A DNA stretch of 63,961 bases, filler included, from Octopus bimaculoides (GCF_001194135.2; 4 parts of 3 records of this genome joined end to end with filler, not necessarily neighbours in it); one strand, 5' to 3'; counted from the whole stretch's first letter, positions 25,580-37,172 are shown. Notes: generated from the sequence alone by a model not told the origin. A program made the numbers and translations.

Positions 25580-26022
25580 ATAAAGCAGTTGTATACTGTC
25601 AACTTAATGTGACAGTCCCAATAAGGGAATCATACTGCTGCTATTTAGCCCTAGGAAACTGGACCGCTTACTGTCGGCCTTGACACATTTCCTGTGTCCT
25701 TATATTTGCGAGAGGGAGACAAGCACCTCCACCCAGCCTAGCCTGCATTCAGAGACATGTTTCTGAGTCATTGCTCGTCATCAGCCTGAAGTAGCAACAC
25801 TAGCTGGCTGAAAATGCATGTCAAACCCTCGCAAATATATATATTTTTAGTGAAAACACATTCACTGGTTACAGGGTGCTTGTCTCCCCCTCGTAAATAT
25901 AAGGACACAGGAAATGTGTCAAGGCCGACAGGAAGCGGTCCAGCTTCCTAGGGCTAAATAGCAGCAGTATGATTCCCTTATTGGGATTGTCACATTGAGT
26001 TGACAGTACACAACTGCTTTAT
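25580..26022 (-). mobile_element. 443-bp element with 148-bp inverted repeats enclosing a hammerhead motif (probable non-autonomous Penelope-like derivative)
   Basis: 25580-25727 matches the reverse complement of 25875-26022 at 141/148 by my alignment. The HHR lies in the 147-bp spacer. Confidence 0.78.
25748..25790 (-). ncRNA. Type I hammerhead ribozyme motif
   Basis: Minus strand reads TTCAGG-CTGATGA-CGAGcaatgaCTCA-GAAAC-AT-GTC-TCTGAA: 6-bp stem I with one G.U, intact core, stem II GAG/CTC with a C.A closing pair, palindromic ACATGT stem III, canonical GUC site. Confidence 0.75.
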
Positions 26023-26394
26023 TTTATTCTCATAATTTGAGAAAATATCTTATTCTGTATCTTTGACATGGTTTCGAGCATATTTAAATAGCATGAGCTC
26101 TAAATATTAAAGTCTAGTTACGAAATATTGTAAAAATGAAAATGCAAAAATAAATTACATTTCCTAGTTATCAAACAGTATGCAGTGTAACTGCGCGAAA
26201 TATGTGGCATCACCGGTAGGTTCCAGTAGCAAGCCGTGACGTTTAACGTGTTAAAGTAGGTTACTGCAGTGTAGTGCAGTGTAATGTGGTGCATCATAAT
26301 GCAATATAATATGTAATGAAGTGCAGCATGATATAGCTTACGGGAGTATATCATTGTGTATCATAGTGTTGTGTATCATAATGTTGTATAGTGT

Positions 26395-26805
26395 TGGCTG
26401 TGTGGTAAGTAGCTTGCTTACCAACCACATGGTTCCGGGTTCAGTCCCACTGCGTGGCACCTTGGGTAAGTGTCTTCTACCGTAGCCTCGGGCCGACCAA
26501 AGCCTTGTGAGTGGATTTGCTAGACGGAAACTGAAAAAAGCCCGTCGTATATATGTATATATGTATATATATGTATGTGTGTGTTTGTGTGTCAGTGTTT
26601 GTCCCCCCAACATCGCTTGACAACCGATGCTGGTGTGTTTACGTCCCCGTAACTTAGCGGTTCGGCAAAAGACACCGATAGAATAAGTACTAGGCTTACA
26701 AAGAATAAGTTCTGGGGTCGATTTGCTCGACTAAAGGCGGTGCTCCAGCATGGCCACAGTCAAATGACTGAAACAAGTAAAAGAGCAAAAGAGAGTAAAA
26801 GAGAG
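26395..26805 (+). mobile_element. tRNA-derived SINE family A, near full length
   Basis: A-box-like TGGCTGTGTGG, B-box-like GGTTCAGTCCC, internal (TA/TG)n after GCCCGTCG, and tail GTGCTCCAGCATGGCC..GAAACAAGTAAAAGAG. About 15 alignable copies in the window. Confidence 0.9.
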
Positions 26806-27273
26806 TGTAGCATAATGCCATTTAACAAAGTATACCGTAATGTATAGTAAAGTAGAATTGCACAGCATCAAGCAAGGAAGTACATCCTAGAGGTAACATG
26901 TATCCCCACTTAAACATGGGTGTTCTGTTATCACAAACTTTATTGCGGTAGTTGCCATGAGAGAAACTCTCGCATTGGCTTTTTGGTGCAAAAACATGAA
27001 TCGCTGCTGTTTCTAGCGGTCGAGTGCCCATCGTAGACAAGACCAAACAAGGTTGAAATCACCTGAATTCATGGTCTCGGCGCTGGAGGTAGTGGGGATT
27101 TTATCTCCTCGCTGTTTCTTGCTGATATCGTTATTCTATTTTGTTTGAAGCTGGATTCAGCAGAACAGATCTTTTGAGATCCTCCTATCTGTCGGGGTAT
27201 ATGTAGTTCAGCCAGTGGCGAGGTCGGCGTTGGAGCAAAATGAAGAAGGTGGGTATCAGAGGTTGCGCTACAA

Positions 27274-27694
27274 CAGTGGTTCTCAACCACTTTTAATCTA
27301 CGGATTGCTCTGATGACTATTTTATTCTAGTGAACCCCCATAGCCACACACTGTTTAAAAACTAGTTTTGTAGATACTTCATTCAAAATTCCTATTCTGT
27401 TCATCACATATTCACTTGTGTAGTTTGAACTATGTAAAATGCTAGAGAAAGGAACTGGGCTGTTTCTTGCAATGAATATATCTAAAATAAATTTTCTTCA
27501 TAGACTATTAAAAGTACTACCATGGATCCCCAATTTACTATTTTGCATGCATGGACCCTCCCGAATCTAATATGGACCCTCCCAAATTTAATATGGACCC
27601 TCCCAAATCTAATATGAACCCTCAGGGGTCATATGGACCTTCAGGGGTCATATGGACCCTCAGGGGTCATATGGACCCCGATTGAGAACCACTG
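27274..27694. mobile_element. hAT (Charlie-like) MITE with subterminal tandem repeats
   Basis: Perfect 13-bp TIR CAGTGGTTCTCAA/TTGAGAACCACTG. About three 22-bp and three 19-bp ATATGGACCC-containing units lie near the right end. Confidence 0.85.
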
Positions 27695-28769
27695 GACTAG
27701 AACTTCATTGACGCTGATTTTGTCAGGCCACTTAATATCCAGGATGCATTTCAGGTGGTGAAGGTGGAAAGCGCTGAAACGTCGATCTCATCCCAAGGCT
27801 CACAGCTGTAAAGCATTGATCTGAGAATGCAGCCGTTGTTAGATTTTTTCTCACATTTTGTATGATGTGGAATTATATGCATAGCGTGTTATATTGTAGA
27901 ATAGTGATATATTATGTATCACTACTATCGTAGGGTAGAGAGACATAATTTAGCGTGGTGCAGCATAATATAGTGTACTGTTATGTAATGTAGTATAGAA
28001 TACTAAAATTACTGTAGTGTTGCATAACATAGCTTAGTGTAGCTTTATGTATCATAATGTCGCATAATGTTCTGTGGTGTAGAGTAGCAGAAAGTACAGG
28101 GCGGAGTTGTATAATTAGGGGATTTTAGCATTGTGCAGCGGAGGGTAGCATAATGTAATGCAGTGAACTTGATATAGGGTAGCGTACGATGTAGTGTAGC
28201 ATATTTTTGTATAGTGATGCTTAATGTTGCGAGTTGTAGTAAAATGTAGTGAAATGTAGCATAATGCAGTCAAATGTAGCATAGAAGAGTATAGTGTATT
28301 GTAGTATTGTAGTATACTATAGTATTATGTAACACAATGTAATTTTGTGTAATGTAGCATAATGTAGAATAGTGTTGCATAATGTAGATTAGAGTTAGAT
28401 AAATTTGCACATAGACTGTACCGTAGTATAATGTGATGTAGCATTAAGTTCTCTTGAAAAAGTTAGTGTATAATAATGTAACGTAGTGTAGTGTTATTAA
28501 ATGTAAATATCTTCTAAGTATTGTTAGACGTTTAAGAAGCGGGTTGCCAAAAACAACTACTTTTATCGGCAGCTAGCCAATAAGATAGATGTTAAGAAAT
28601 TATTTGTTTTTTACACTGCACCCCTACAAACCAAACTCTGCATGATTGAGAGTAACAGACACTTTAAATTCCACACTCTAAAAGAAAAACACAAGAAACA
28701 ATCTACTAAAATCGCTTGAGTAAATAAAATACCAACTTAATTTTGAACGTTAGCAAAATTCTGCTTATG

Positions 28770-29155
28770 TGACCCCACGAAATTAGAGAGCACTTCATTC
28801 ACCGCATGCAGTACTCTGAATACTGCCAAAGAGACAGGATTAGAGTGTACAAAGGAGCTATGACAAAATTCAAGACCGCCATAGAGAATGATGTAAATGG
28901 GATCTGCCCTCTAAACAAGAGTAAAACATGGATTAGCATAGAAAGAGTTAAGAGGAAGATAGGTACGGTCAACTCATTGTATAACAGCCAAAAATGCCAG
29001 AGTGTCATGTTTGCTGATGCTACCCCTAAAGGCAAACTAGCGTATCATTTTAGAAAAGCCTCAGGTAAAATGAATCTACGGATAAAAGTAGTAGAAAGGC
29101 CAAGAACTCCTATAAAATTCCTGATCTGTAGAACATACCCATTCGAAAGAACTGT
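28770..29155 (+). pseudogene. Penelope-like element relic (RT thumb / linker upstream of GIY-YIG; Neptune-type-like)
   Basis: Translation EHFIHRMQYSEY...GICPLNKSKTWISIERVKRK...SVMFADATPKGKLAYHFRK...LRIKVVERPRTPIKFLICRTYPF follows the recalled PLE pattern RMQxSGY...GxRPLYRxxxW...SVxFVPxTPxxxL...KIKVVE..G..LK..L..xDPF. No catalytic RT or GIY-YIG motif is retained. Confidence 0.65.
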
Positions 29156-29608
29156 ATAGTTGCAATGTAAGCTCACAGATAACACTGTGTAACACGATTT
29201 TTGTCCTTGGATAGCAACTGTTATTTTCTATTTGCTTATCCCTAGAAAATATGAAAAATGACTAATATTACCTTCAAACTTTGCTTTTGTCATAATATTT
29301 ATTCAAACCCCAAAGAAGCCCTCTCAACACATGGCTATGATTCTCCCCCGTTACTCATGGTCAGAGATGCACATATTATCAGCCACTAAGGGACATGCTC
29401 AGGTGTTTACGGTCCAGCAACTGACAAGCAAATCTGTAGTATTGAGCAGAATATTTGATATAACGATATTTTTGAAATGTACCTACTCCAATTGGAAAAA
29501 CTGGTGAATGTGAACATTCTCGTTCACGCAAAGTAGAAACAAGACAACGTATGATTCAAATGTAGCATTTATTTATTCTAGAATTACTCAAAAGAGACCA
29601 TGAAAAAT

Positions 29609-30002
29609 TTAGAAGTGAGTAGTTTCTCGCGATTTACGCTTATACTATAAATTACTTTCACGAATCAGCCTCCGAATATAGTCCCCCATCATGTTTTCGT
29701 TATATGATCCTTGGTAGTGGCGTTCGAAATCCAGTATATACTGATGGAAGCGCTTGCCATGATCCTCCGAGTACGCTCCTATGTTTTCCTTGAATTTATC
29801 AAGATGAGTGTCAAAGATGTAGACTTGGAAGAAGATCCTGCAGCCCATTTTGCCGTAGTTTTTAACCAGGGTCTCAACAAGCTCCATATAGTTTCCGGCC
29901 TTGTGATTCTCCAGGAAGCCCCGAATCACTGCGATAAAGTTATTCCACGCTGCTTTCTCCGTCATAGTGATCTTCTTTAGGAATTCATCGCACTCTAATG
30001 TG
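29609..30002 (-). pseudogene. Chapaev3-like (CMC superfamily) DDE transposase C-terminal relic
   Basis: ILECDEFLKKITMTEKAAWNNFIAVIRGFLENHKAGNYMELVETLVKNYGKMGCR...HLDKFKENIGAYSEDHGKRFHQYILDFERHYQGSYNENMMGDYI...L*YKRKSRETTHF* matches the recalled SE(E/D)xGERFHQD family. It has an in-frame stop. Weaker upstream remnants may extend to ~30480. Confidence 0.75.
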
Positions 30003-31637
30003 GATATTGAAAATCAAATTGCTATTCTTTGTAAAACAGGCACATCATCTTCAAAAACCCAGATGCTACTGAAGAAAATCTCTAATTCGTAAAGAGAATA
30101 GATCTACACTTCCAGAAAACTGGTTCTATCGCAATGAAGAAAGAATTTGGCATGTCTAGAATGGTATAGGTGATGGGAGACTGAAATTTCTATTTCTTCA
30201 GAAAAGGAAGGAATGTTTTCAACAATTGCCAAGACTGTTGAAAACTAAACTGTTTCTAGAAAGACCATTATACGAAGGTTGAAAGATATCGGTTTTACCT
30301 GTAAAAGATGCGTTAAAAAACTTCTGTTAATCAAGTAAAAACAGATTGCACTTTTGGATCAGGTATAGTAACATAACTCAGGCTGATTTCAGAAAGTTTT
30401 CTCGTAATCTATATTTAGGCATGTTTTGGGCCCAAACTTTTTGCAAACTTGTTGCATAAATTTGAGAGATGCGAAACATGGTTGAGACAATATTAACTTA
30501 GTACAAAATCTATCTCTTAGGTGCCCAAAATACTAACTAAAGAAAGTTAAGAGTAAAGTTAATTGGGAGTAGTATCTACTACTCCCAATTAATTCAAAGA
30601 AGCAGTATTGCATAATCTTATTTTTTATGGTTTCTCTCATTTCAAAACCCATTGGCAAATTAACTCACGTTAATAACTGACTTTGAAGGCATAACAACTC
30701 TTTTGGATTACTAAATTATCTTTCTGATCATTTTCTCACCCAAAAGAAATCTCTCGTATTTTAAGTATTTTAAGTGATAGAATCTGTGATACAAATCCGA
30801 AAAAGCTTTGAGAGAATGTATTCACTCAAATGTTGATATAGTAGGTACATCTCTGAAATATCTCATGAAAATCTCCACCAACGGAGATTTTTTTCTCGAT
30901 TTTAAATCAAATAGGCGACACAATGACAAATGTGATAGAGTTAAAAAAAAAAAGAAAAAAAGAAAAAGGATGCTGACTTTACACAATAAAGGTTTCAAAC
31001 TTCGAAATAGAAACAGAGTTATGTTGGTCACATTTCCTGCCTGCAACAATATATTGGGAGTCACAAACAAACATTCTCGTGGCGACTCTTGTCAGAATTC
31101 TGTTTCAGTGAATTGTTTTCTAACACTATTTTCAGTCATTCAAAATAAATTTCTAGTCACAAACAACATCCCAGATTACTCAAACGTTTGTTGTTTGGAT
31201 GATTGATTTGAGAAATAAGGGTAAGCCTTAGCACAGACACGAAGTAATAACCATGTACTTAGTGACTGAAAGTAGTGCACTTGCAGCAGAAGAGATATTC
31301 CAACATTATGGAATAGCTACGTTCGGTTGCAGAAAGACATAACCGTGGTAGGAAATGTGCAGCAATACATTTTACTTCTGTCACGAACCTCTTAAAAGAT
31401 TTCCCCACCTACCATGTTCTCACATCTACGTCAGTCATGAACTTCATAGTTACATAGTTACGCGCTGCTCCCTACTTTCTCTCTCTGTTATTCTACCTCT
31501 CTTTCCTCCTTCCTCTCTGCACATACATCACCACACACTCACACACATATACACAAACACATATACACAAACACATACACATACACACACATACACATAC
31601 ACATACACACACGTACACATTTATATGTATGTATACG

Positions 31638-31673
<36 letters not shown>

Positions 31674-31686
31674 CGTATGTATACGT

Positions 31687-31775
<89 letters not shown>

Positions 31776-33046
31776 TACATAATATATGTGTATATAATGT
31801 GTGTATATTATATATATTATATATGTATGTATATATGTATGTGTGTCTATATATGTGTGTGTGTATCTGTGCCTCTGTGTGTATGTGTGTGTGTGTGTGT
31901 GTGTGTGTATACATATTGTCACTACCTACATCGCACACACGAAACAGATCCATAGGATATCCAATAATCTTATCATGAATGACCGGATATACATACATGA
32001 ACACAGCCAATACCATCACACACACACACACGTCCACGCACGCACGTACACTCATACACACACCCTGAATATCCATTTTGTTACTTCATGTTTCATTTAT
32101 GGAAGGATATCGATTCTATACAGCATGAGTCGGCGTTTCTTCATCATAGCGATATTGAATCAGATCTCATCACACACCCATATATGTATCTGTATGGCAC
32201 GTGTGTGACGAGGTTATTGAATTATGGAAGCCAAGGTCGTCTATACAGAATTATGACGGCGGCGGCGGCGGCAGCAGTGGCGGCGGTGACAACGACAATG
32301 TTGATGATGATAATGACGATGGGGGGGAGCAATGGTGGTGGGGGCCGATGGTAGTAAGGATTATGATAACGTGATACTTCATAGAGATAGATATCATAGT
32401 GATATAACATGGATATGAGGACAAAATATTGACGTACCACTGAAGCGACATTATGGTGATGTAATACAAAATCTCATGATTTTGTTACATTGAAACGAAA
32501 CAATAGGAATGTAACACGTCAATATTACAACGATGCCGTTTAAATGACGCTACGGTGATGCAACACAGCATGCTGTAATGATAAGGTAGCGCTGAAATGA
32601 TGTCAGAATAGTGTGCCACAGCATGTTACAACGGCAACGTTGAAACGATGTCATTAGCGGGTGATACATATAATGGCGACGTTAAAATAACATCATGAGC
32701 AGGTAACACGTTACTGGTCTACTGTTTTTATCGCAAGGTTCTACTGGTAGTTTTGATTTTTAAAGATATGTATGCATTTTCGTCTTAATGAACGTTTGAT
32801 ATAGCTGTCAGGAAAATCCTTTCTCCGGTTTGCATTGCGGACGGTTAAAATGAAAGGCCGTTTGGACTGATCTTATGCCTCTGCCTCCATTTCTCTGTTT
32901 GATATAAATCTTGTCAATGTCACTGTTGTGGAAGTTATCGTCAGTTTGAAGTGTCTTTGTAGTTCCGATGTCCAAGTTTAGTGACCAAAATGTTGGTACT
33001 GCGTCTTTGTTTTGCTGTGTTTCTCACCTGTTCGTTGGTTATTGCG

Positions 33047-33265
33047 ATGGTTCAAACGAAGGAACAGCGTACTTCCGTGAAATTCTGTTTTCTGCTGAGG
33101 AAAACGGCGACCGAAACAGTTGTCACGCTTCAAACAGCTGACAAGGACGCTGCCATGAGCAAAACACAAGTTTAGAAGTAGTTTCCACGCTTTAGGAATG
33201 CTCACTTGTCGCTTGAAAAAAACCAGCCTTATTCAGGACGACCGTCGACTTCCAGAACGAATGAA
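33047..33265 (+). pseudogene. mariner transposase N-terminal (HTH) relic
   Basis: MVQTKEQRTSVKFCFLLRKTATETVVTLQTADKDAAMSKTQV*K*FPRF...SGRPSTS fits the mariner EQRxxIKFC...W..RF...RSGRPST pattern, with stops. Confidence 0.8.
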
Positions 33266-33269
33266 ACCT

Positions 33270-33497
33270 ACGCTGAACTATTGAAAAAATCTGCAGTTAC
33301 TCTATCCAGATTACAAGTTCAGGTTTATACCTGTAATTACTGGAGCCCTGGGGTATGTAACACACTGCCTAAATACCGATATTGAGAAATTAGGCTTCTC
33401 AAAACCAGAAAGGAGAAAGCTAATTCGAAGACTACAGATACAATCCATCACTGGAAGTGTAAAAATTTGTAAAACTTTCCAAAGGTTTATCATTTAA
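33270..33497 (+). mobile_element. 3' end of an R4/Dong-like (RLE) non-LTR retrotransposon
   Basis: NLQLLYPDYKFRFIPVITGALGYVTHCL...KLGF...LQIQSITGSVKICKTF, ending in TAA at 33495-97. This is the typical C-terminal IP(I/V)xxGALG motif after the restriction-like endonuclease. Confidence 0.7.
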
Positions 33498-33815
33498 ATA
33501 TATATGAGCATGTCTAGATTTGCAACTATATTTATGAGAATACATACATAAAGTAAAACATACAAATCTACACATAAACATACAAACATACATACAAACA
33601 AAAATACCCTGTTGTTGATGTTGAAATTCCAATGAAAGAGCCTTGAAACCGGCTCTTTCTCTTTAGGCAAGAAATTTTTAAATAAAACTGAACAATGACA
33701 TACATACATACATACATATATACATACATACATACATATATACATACATACATACATATATACATACATACATACATATATACATACATACATACATACG
33801 TACGAACGTACGTAC

Positions 33816-33846
<31 letters not shown>

Positions 33847-33954
33847 CGCATATATATATTTGTGCGCGAAACATTTTTATTGTTTTCACACTTCAAGGCA
33901 ACCGAATTTATCAAATATCTACCAACTTTGCTTTCAATATTATAGTTGATGCTG

Positions 33955-34172
33955 GGGCAGTGAGCTGGCAGAATCGTAGCCCACAGGGCAAGATGCTTAG
34001 TGGCATTTCCTCCGTCTCTACGTTCTGAGTTCAAATTTCGCCGAGGTCGACTTCGTCTTTCATTCTTTCAGAGTCGATAAAATAAGTTCCAGTTGAGTAC
34101 TGGGGTCAATGTAATCGACATACTCCTTCCCCCGAAATAGTTGGCCGTGTGCCAAAATTTGAAATCAATATT
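33955..34172 (+). mobile_element. SINE family C
   Basis: Full-length match to consensus. Confidence 0.85.
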
Positions 34173-34836
34173 ATAGTTGGGGCTGTGTGATATAGCTTGA
34201 AATTACGCAATAGAAATGATATCATTGTCGTTTAACATATAAGTGATATTATGAAATATAAACTTAGATATAGCATCTTTAAAAGACGGAGAGAAGATAC
34301 CGAAACAGTAGAGTATCGCACTAATTGACTGACAGTAAGAAATTGGGCGCAAATGTTTAAGAGTTGTGTCATAAAAATACATGGATTTGAGTTAGATTCA
34401 GTTGTATACTGCATTTTAGGCAACATTTTTCTGCTGTAGTCTCCGGGCGGACAAAGCTGTGTGGATGAAATTGAATACAGGGGAACTAAATCGTCCATCA
34501 TCTGGTTTAACGGCATCATTTTGTCCTTGGGAGCCTCATGTGGAGTTCATCGCGTTGCTAGCATTCGGGTCAGGTTTTAAGTGGAATGATAACATCCTCT
34601 CTTGTGTCCACTAATCTCAGAGGACTTATACAAGGTCATCAGAGCTACCCCTACTCCTTTGATTCAATCGCACTATTTCTTTCCATGTTCAGCATTCAAA
34701 TACAACAGGGATCCTTTTTATCTTTCCCCTGAGAAGACAAAATAAATACCAGACAGGCTTTAGGGGTGAATAAATCAACAATACACCCTACCATTTACAA
34801 ATTTCAAAGAAATAATTTTCATATAAAGCAGGAAGA

Positions 34837-35052
34837 GGCGGTGAGTTGGCAGAATCGTTAGCACGCCGACCAACATGCTTAACGTCATTTTGTCCGTCTC
34901 ATCGCTCTGAGTTCAAATGCCGCTGAGGTCGACTTTACCTTTCATTCCTTCGAGGTCGATAAAATAAGTACCAGTCGAGCACTGGAGTCGATGGAATCGA
35001 CTTGCCCCCTTCTTCAAAATCGCTGGCCTTGCACCAAAATTTGAAACCAATA
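34837..35052 (+). mobile_element. SINE family C
   Basis: Full-length match to consensus. Confidence 0.85.
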
Positions 35053-35605
35053 TAGGAATCATTCAACCACATGGGATAGATACCAGAAGTTGTTATTGTT
35101 GCTGCTATCGCTGTTGTTGTTACTTAACCCTATGTCAACTCCGATCCTGCATAGACATATGGTCAAATATTTTTCCAGCCATCGATATCATTTCGTTTGT
35201 TTAAGTATATCCCAAACTCAAGTACTCAGTGTACCTTTCCCCAATTTAAGACAGTACAGTGTGGTTTGAGGGACATTTGGTTGGTCGAAAGACATCGTAT
35301 AGGTTCGTTGATTTATGAGAAAATTCTATGAGAAAACTAATCTGGAGAAGGTGGTGTTGCCAACAGTCTGACAGAGTTAACAAAAGAATTATTCATCAGA
35401 GGGTCCCATAGTCACAGCGGTTACTACGTCTACGTGTATATTTATGCTTTTGCCAGTTTTGGGAGGTGGTCGCTGTATGTTCGAGAGTGTATAAAAGATT
35501 GTATATTTCTATGTAAACAATCGCAGATTGTGTGTGTACCTCTACGTAAGAATGATTTTTCTTGTATATTTGCGTGCCTTTGCGTGTTTCCACATACGCA
35601 TATCT

Positions 35606-35674
<69 letters not shown>

Positions 35675-36148
35675 NNNNNNNNNNNNNNNNNNNNNNNNNN
35701 NNNNNNNNNNNNNNNNNNNNNNNNNNNNNNNNNNNNNNNNNNNNNNNNNNNNNNNNNNNNNNNNNNNNNNNNNNNNNNNNNNNNNNNNNNNNNNNNNNNN
35801 NNNNNNNNNNNNNNNNNNNNNNNNNNNNNNNNNNNNNNNNNNNNNNNNNNNNNNNNNNNNNNNNNNNNNNNNNNNNNNNNNNNNNNNNNNNNNNNNNNNN
35901 NNNNNNNNNNNNNNNNNNNNNNNNNNNNNNNNNNNNNNNNNNNNNNNNNNNNNNNNNNNNNNNNNNNNNNNNNNNNNNNNNNNNNNNNNNNNNNNNNNNN
36001 NNNNNNNNNNNNNNNNNNNNNNNNNNNNNNNNNNNNNNNNNNNNNNNNNNNNNNNNNNNNNNNNNNNNNNNNNNNNNNNNNNNNNNNNNNNNNNNNNNNN
36101 NNNNNNNNNNNNNNNNNNNNNNNNNNNNNNNNNNNNNNNNNNNNNNNN

Positions 36149-36202
<54 letters not shown>

Positions 36203-36959
36203 TTACTTTTATATGTATGTATATATCTATATTTATATATGCAGAGAGAAGAGGGTGGGAGGGAGAAGAGGGAGAAATATACACATATGTTGAAGCAATG
36301 TTGAAGCATGTGTGTACATTACATACATAAAAAAAAAATATACATCCTGACACGTAACTATTTATAAATCATTTTGAGATGTGTTTACTTATAAATTAGA
36401 TCATTATTTAGAATAGCCTGCTACGGTTTGGAACCTGGGTTTATTTCATCCACCATTGAAACACTTGAACAAGCTGAGAATGAAGCCATTAGGAGGAGGA
36501 GGAGAAGGAGGACGTTGGTGCTCTTGTAGTTGTTGAGGTCGTTTTTTGTTGCTACTGTTCAGTGTTGTTGTTCTTGTTGTTGGTGGTGGTGGTGCCGATG
36601 GTGCTGGTGGTTCTAATGGTATGGGAGCAGGTGCTGGTGCTGGTGTTCATCGCCTTTTACTGTATAGACTCATTTATCAACGAATTCTGTGTTACAGGTT
36701 TTAAATATATCAATTGACCCCTTTAAACATTTTCCCCCTTTTTTCATCCTAATTGATACCCCATACTCTGTTGAGGAAACTAATATCAATGATCACATCG
36801 TAAATGCTTGAATTATTCAAGGTGAACATTCTGATGCCTAGTAATTCTATTCTCTAGAGTATTAATAGCTAGGTTGGAAACATACGACTAAGTTACTGAT
36901 GTTAACTTCTACAATACAAAAAAACAGTTAAGTTAAAGCTTCCTCCTTGAGTCATGCCA

Positions 36960-37172
36960 GCTCATAAGGGCCGGTTTCCCGGTTTCCATGACGTATATAT
37001 TCCCCAGCTGGTCCGTCGCAGGATTACTCATTTTCGTCAGTTGAGCAAAACTGACGCAACATGAAATGAAGTGTTTTGCTAAAGAGAACAACACGTCAAC
37101 CGGTCCAGAATCGAAACCACAATCTTGCGATCATGAGTCCAACACTCTAACCACTAAGCCATGCGCCTCCAC
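36960..37172 (-). mobile_element. Further tRNA-headed SINE (D-like head, different body); a similar copy lies at ~57655-57790 (+)
   Basis: Minus strand GTGGAGGCGCATGGCTTAGTGGTTAGAGTG...GTTTCGATTC, then CACTTCATTTCA body. Confidence 0.7.

Larger units (their letters stand above)
25428..26250. mobile_element. piggyBac-like non-autonomous element (TTAA target duplication) hosting the inverted-repeat element
   Basis: TTAA(25424-27)|CACGTTAACCGCCAC at the left end and GTGACGTTTAACGTG|TTAA(26251-54) at the right: 13/15 terminal inverted match with TTAA on both sides. Confidence 0.55.
25030..28500. repeat. Degenerate pentamer satellite (TAGTG/TAATG/TAGCA)n in interrupted blocks: ~25030-25420, 26255-26392, 26805-26880, 27850-28500
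   Basis: 5-nt periodicity visible between the inserted elements. Confidence 0.75.

Noticed and set aside
25580-26022. Idea that the arm mismatches record A-to-I editing or strand-biased selection
   Set aside because: The 7 mismatches give 3 A.C, 3 G.U and 1 A.G on the plus strand and the mirror set on the minus strand. That is symmetric and fits ordinary transitions.
33625-33660. CCAATGA-AAGAGCC-ttGAAACc-GGCTCTTT as a hammerhead
   Set aside because: There is no U16.1-H17 site; it is better read as a plain 8-bp hairpin in the LINE 3' region.
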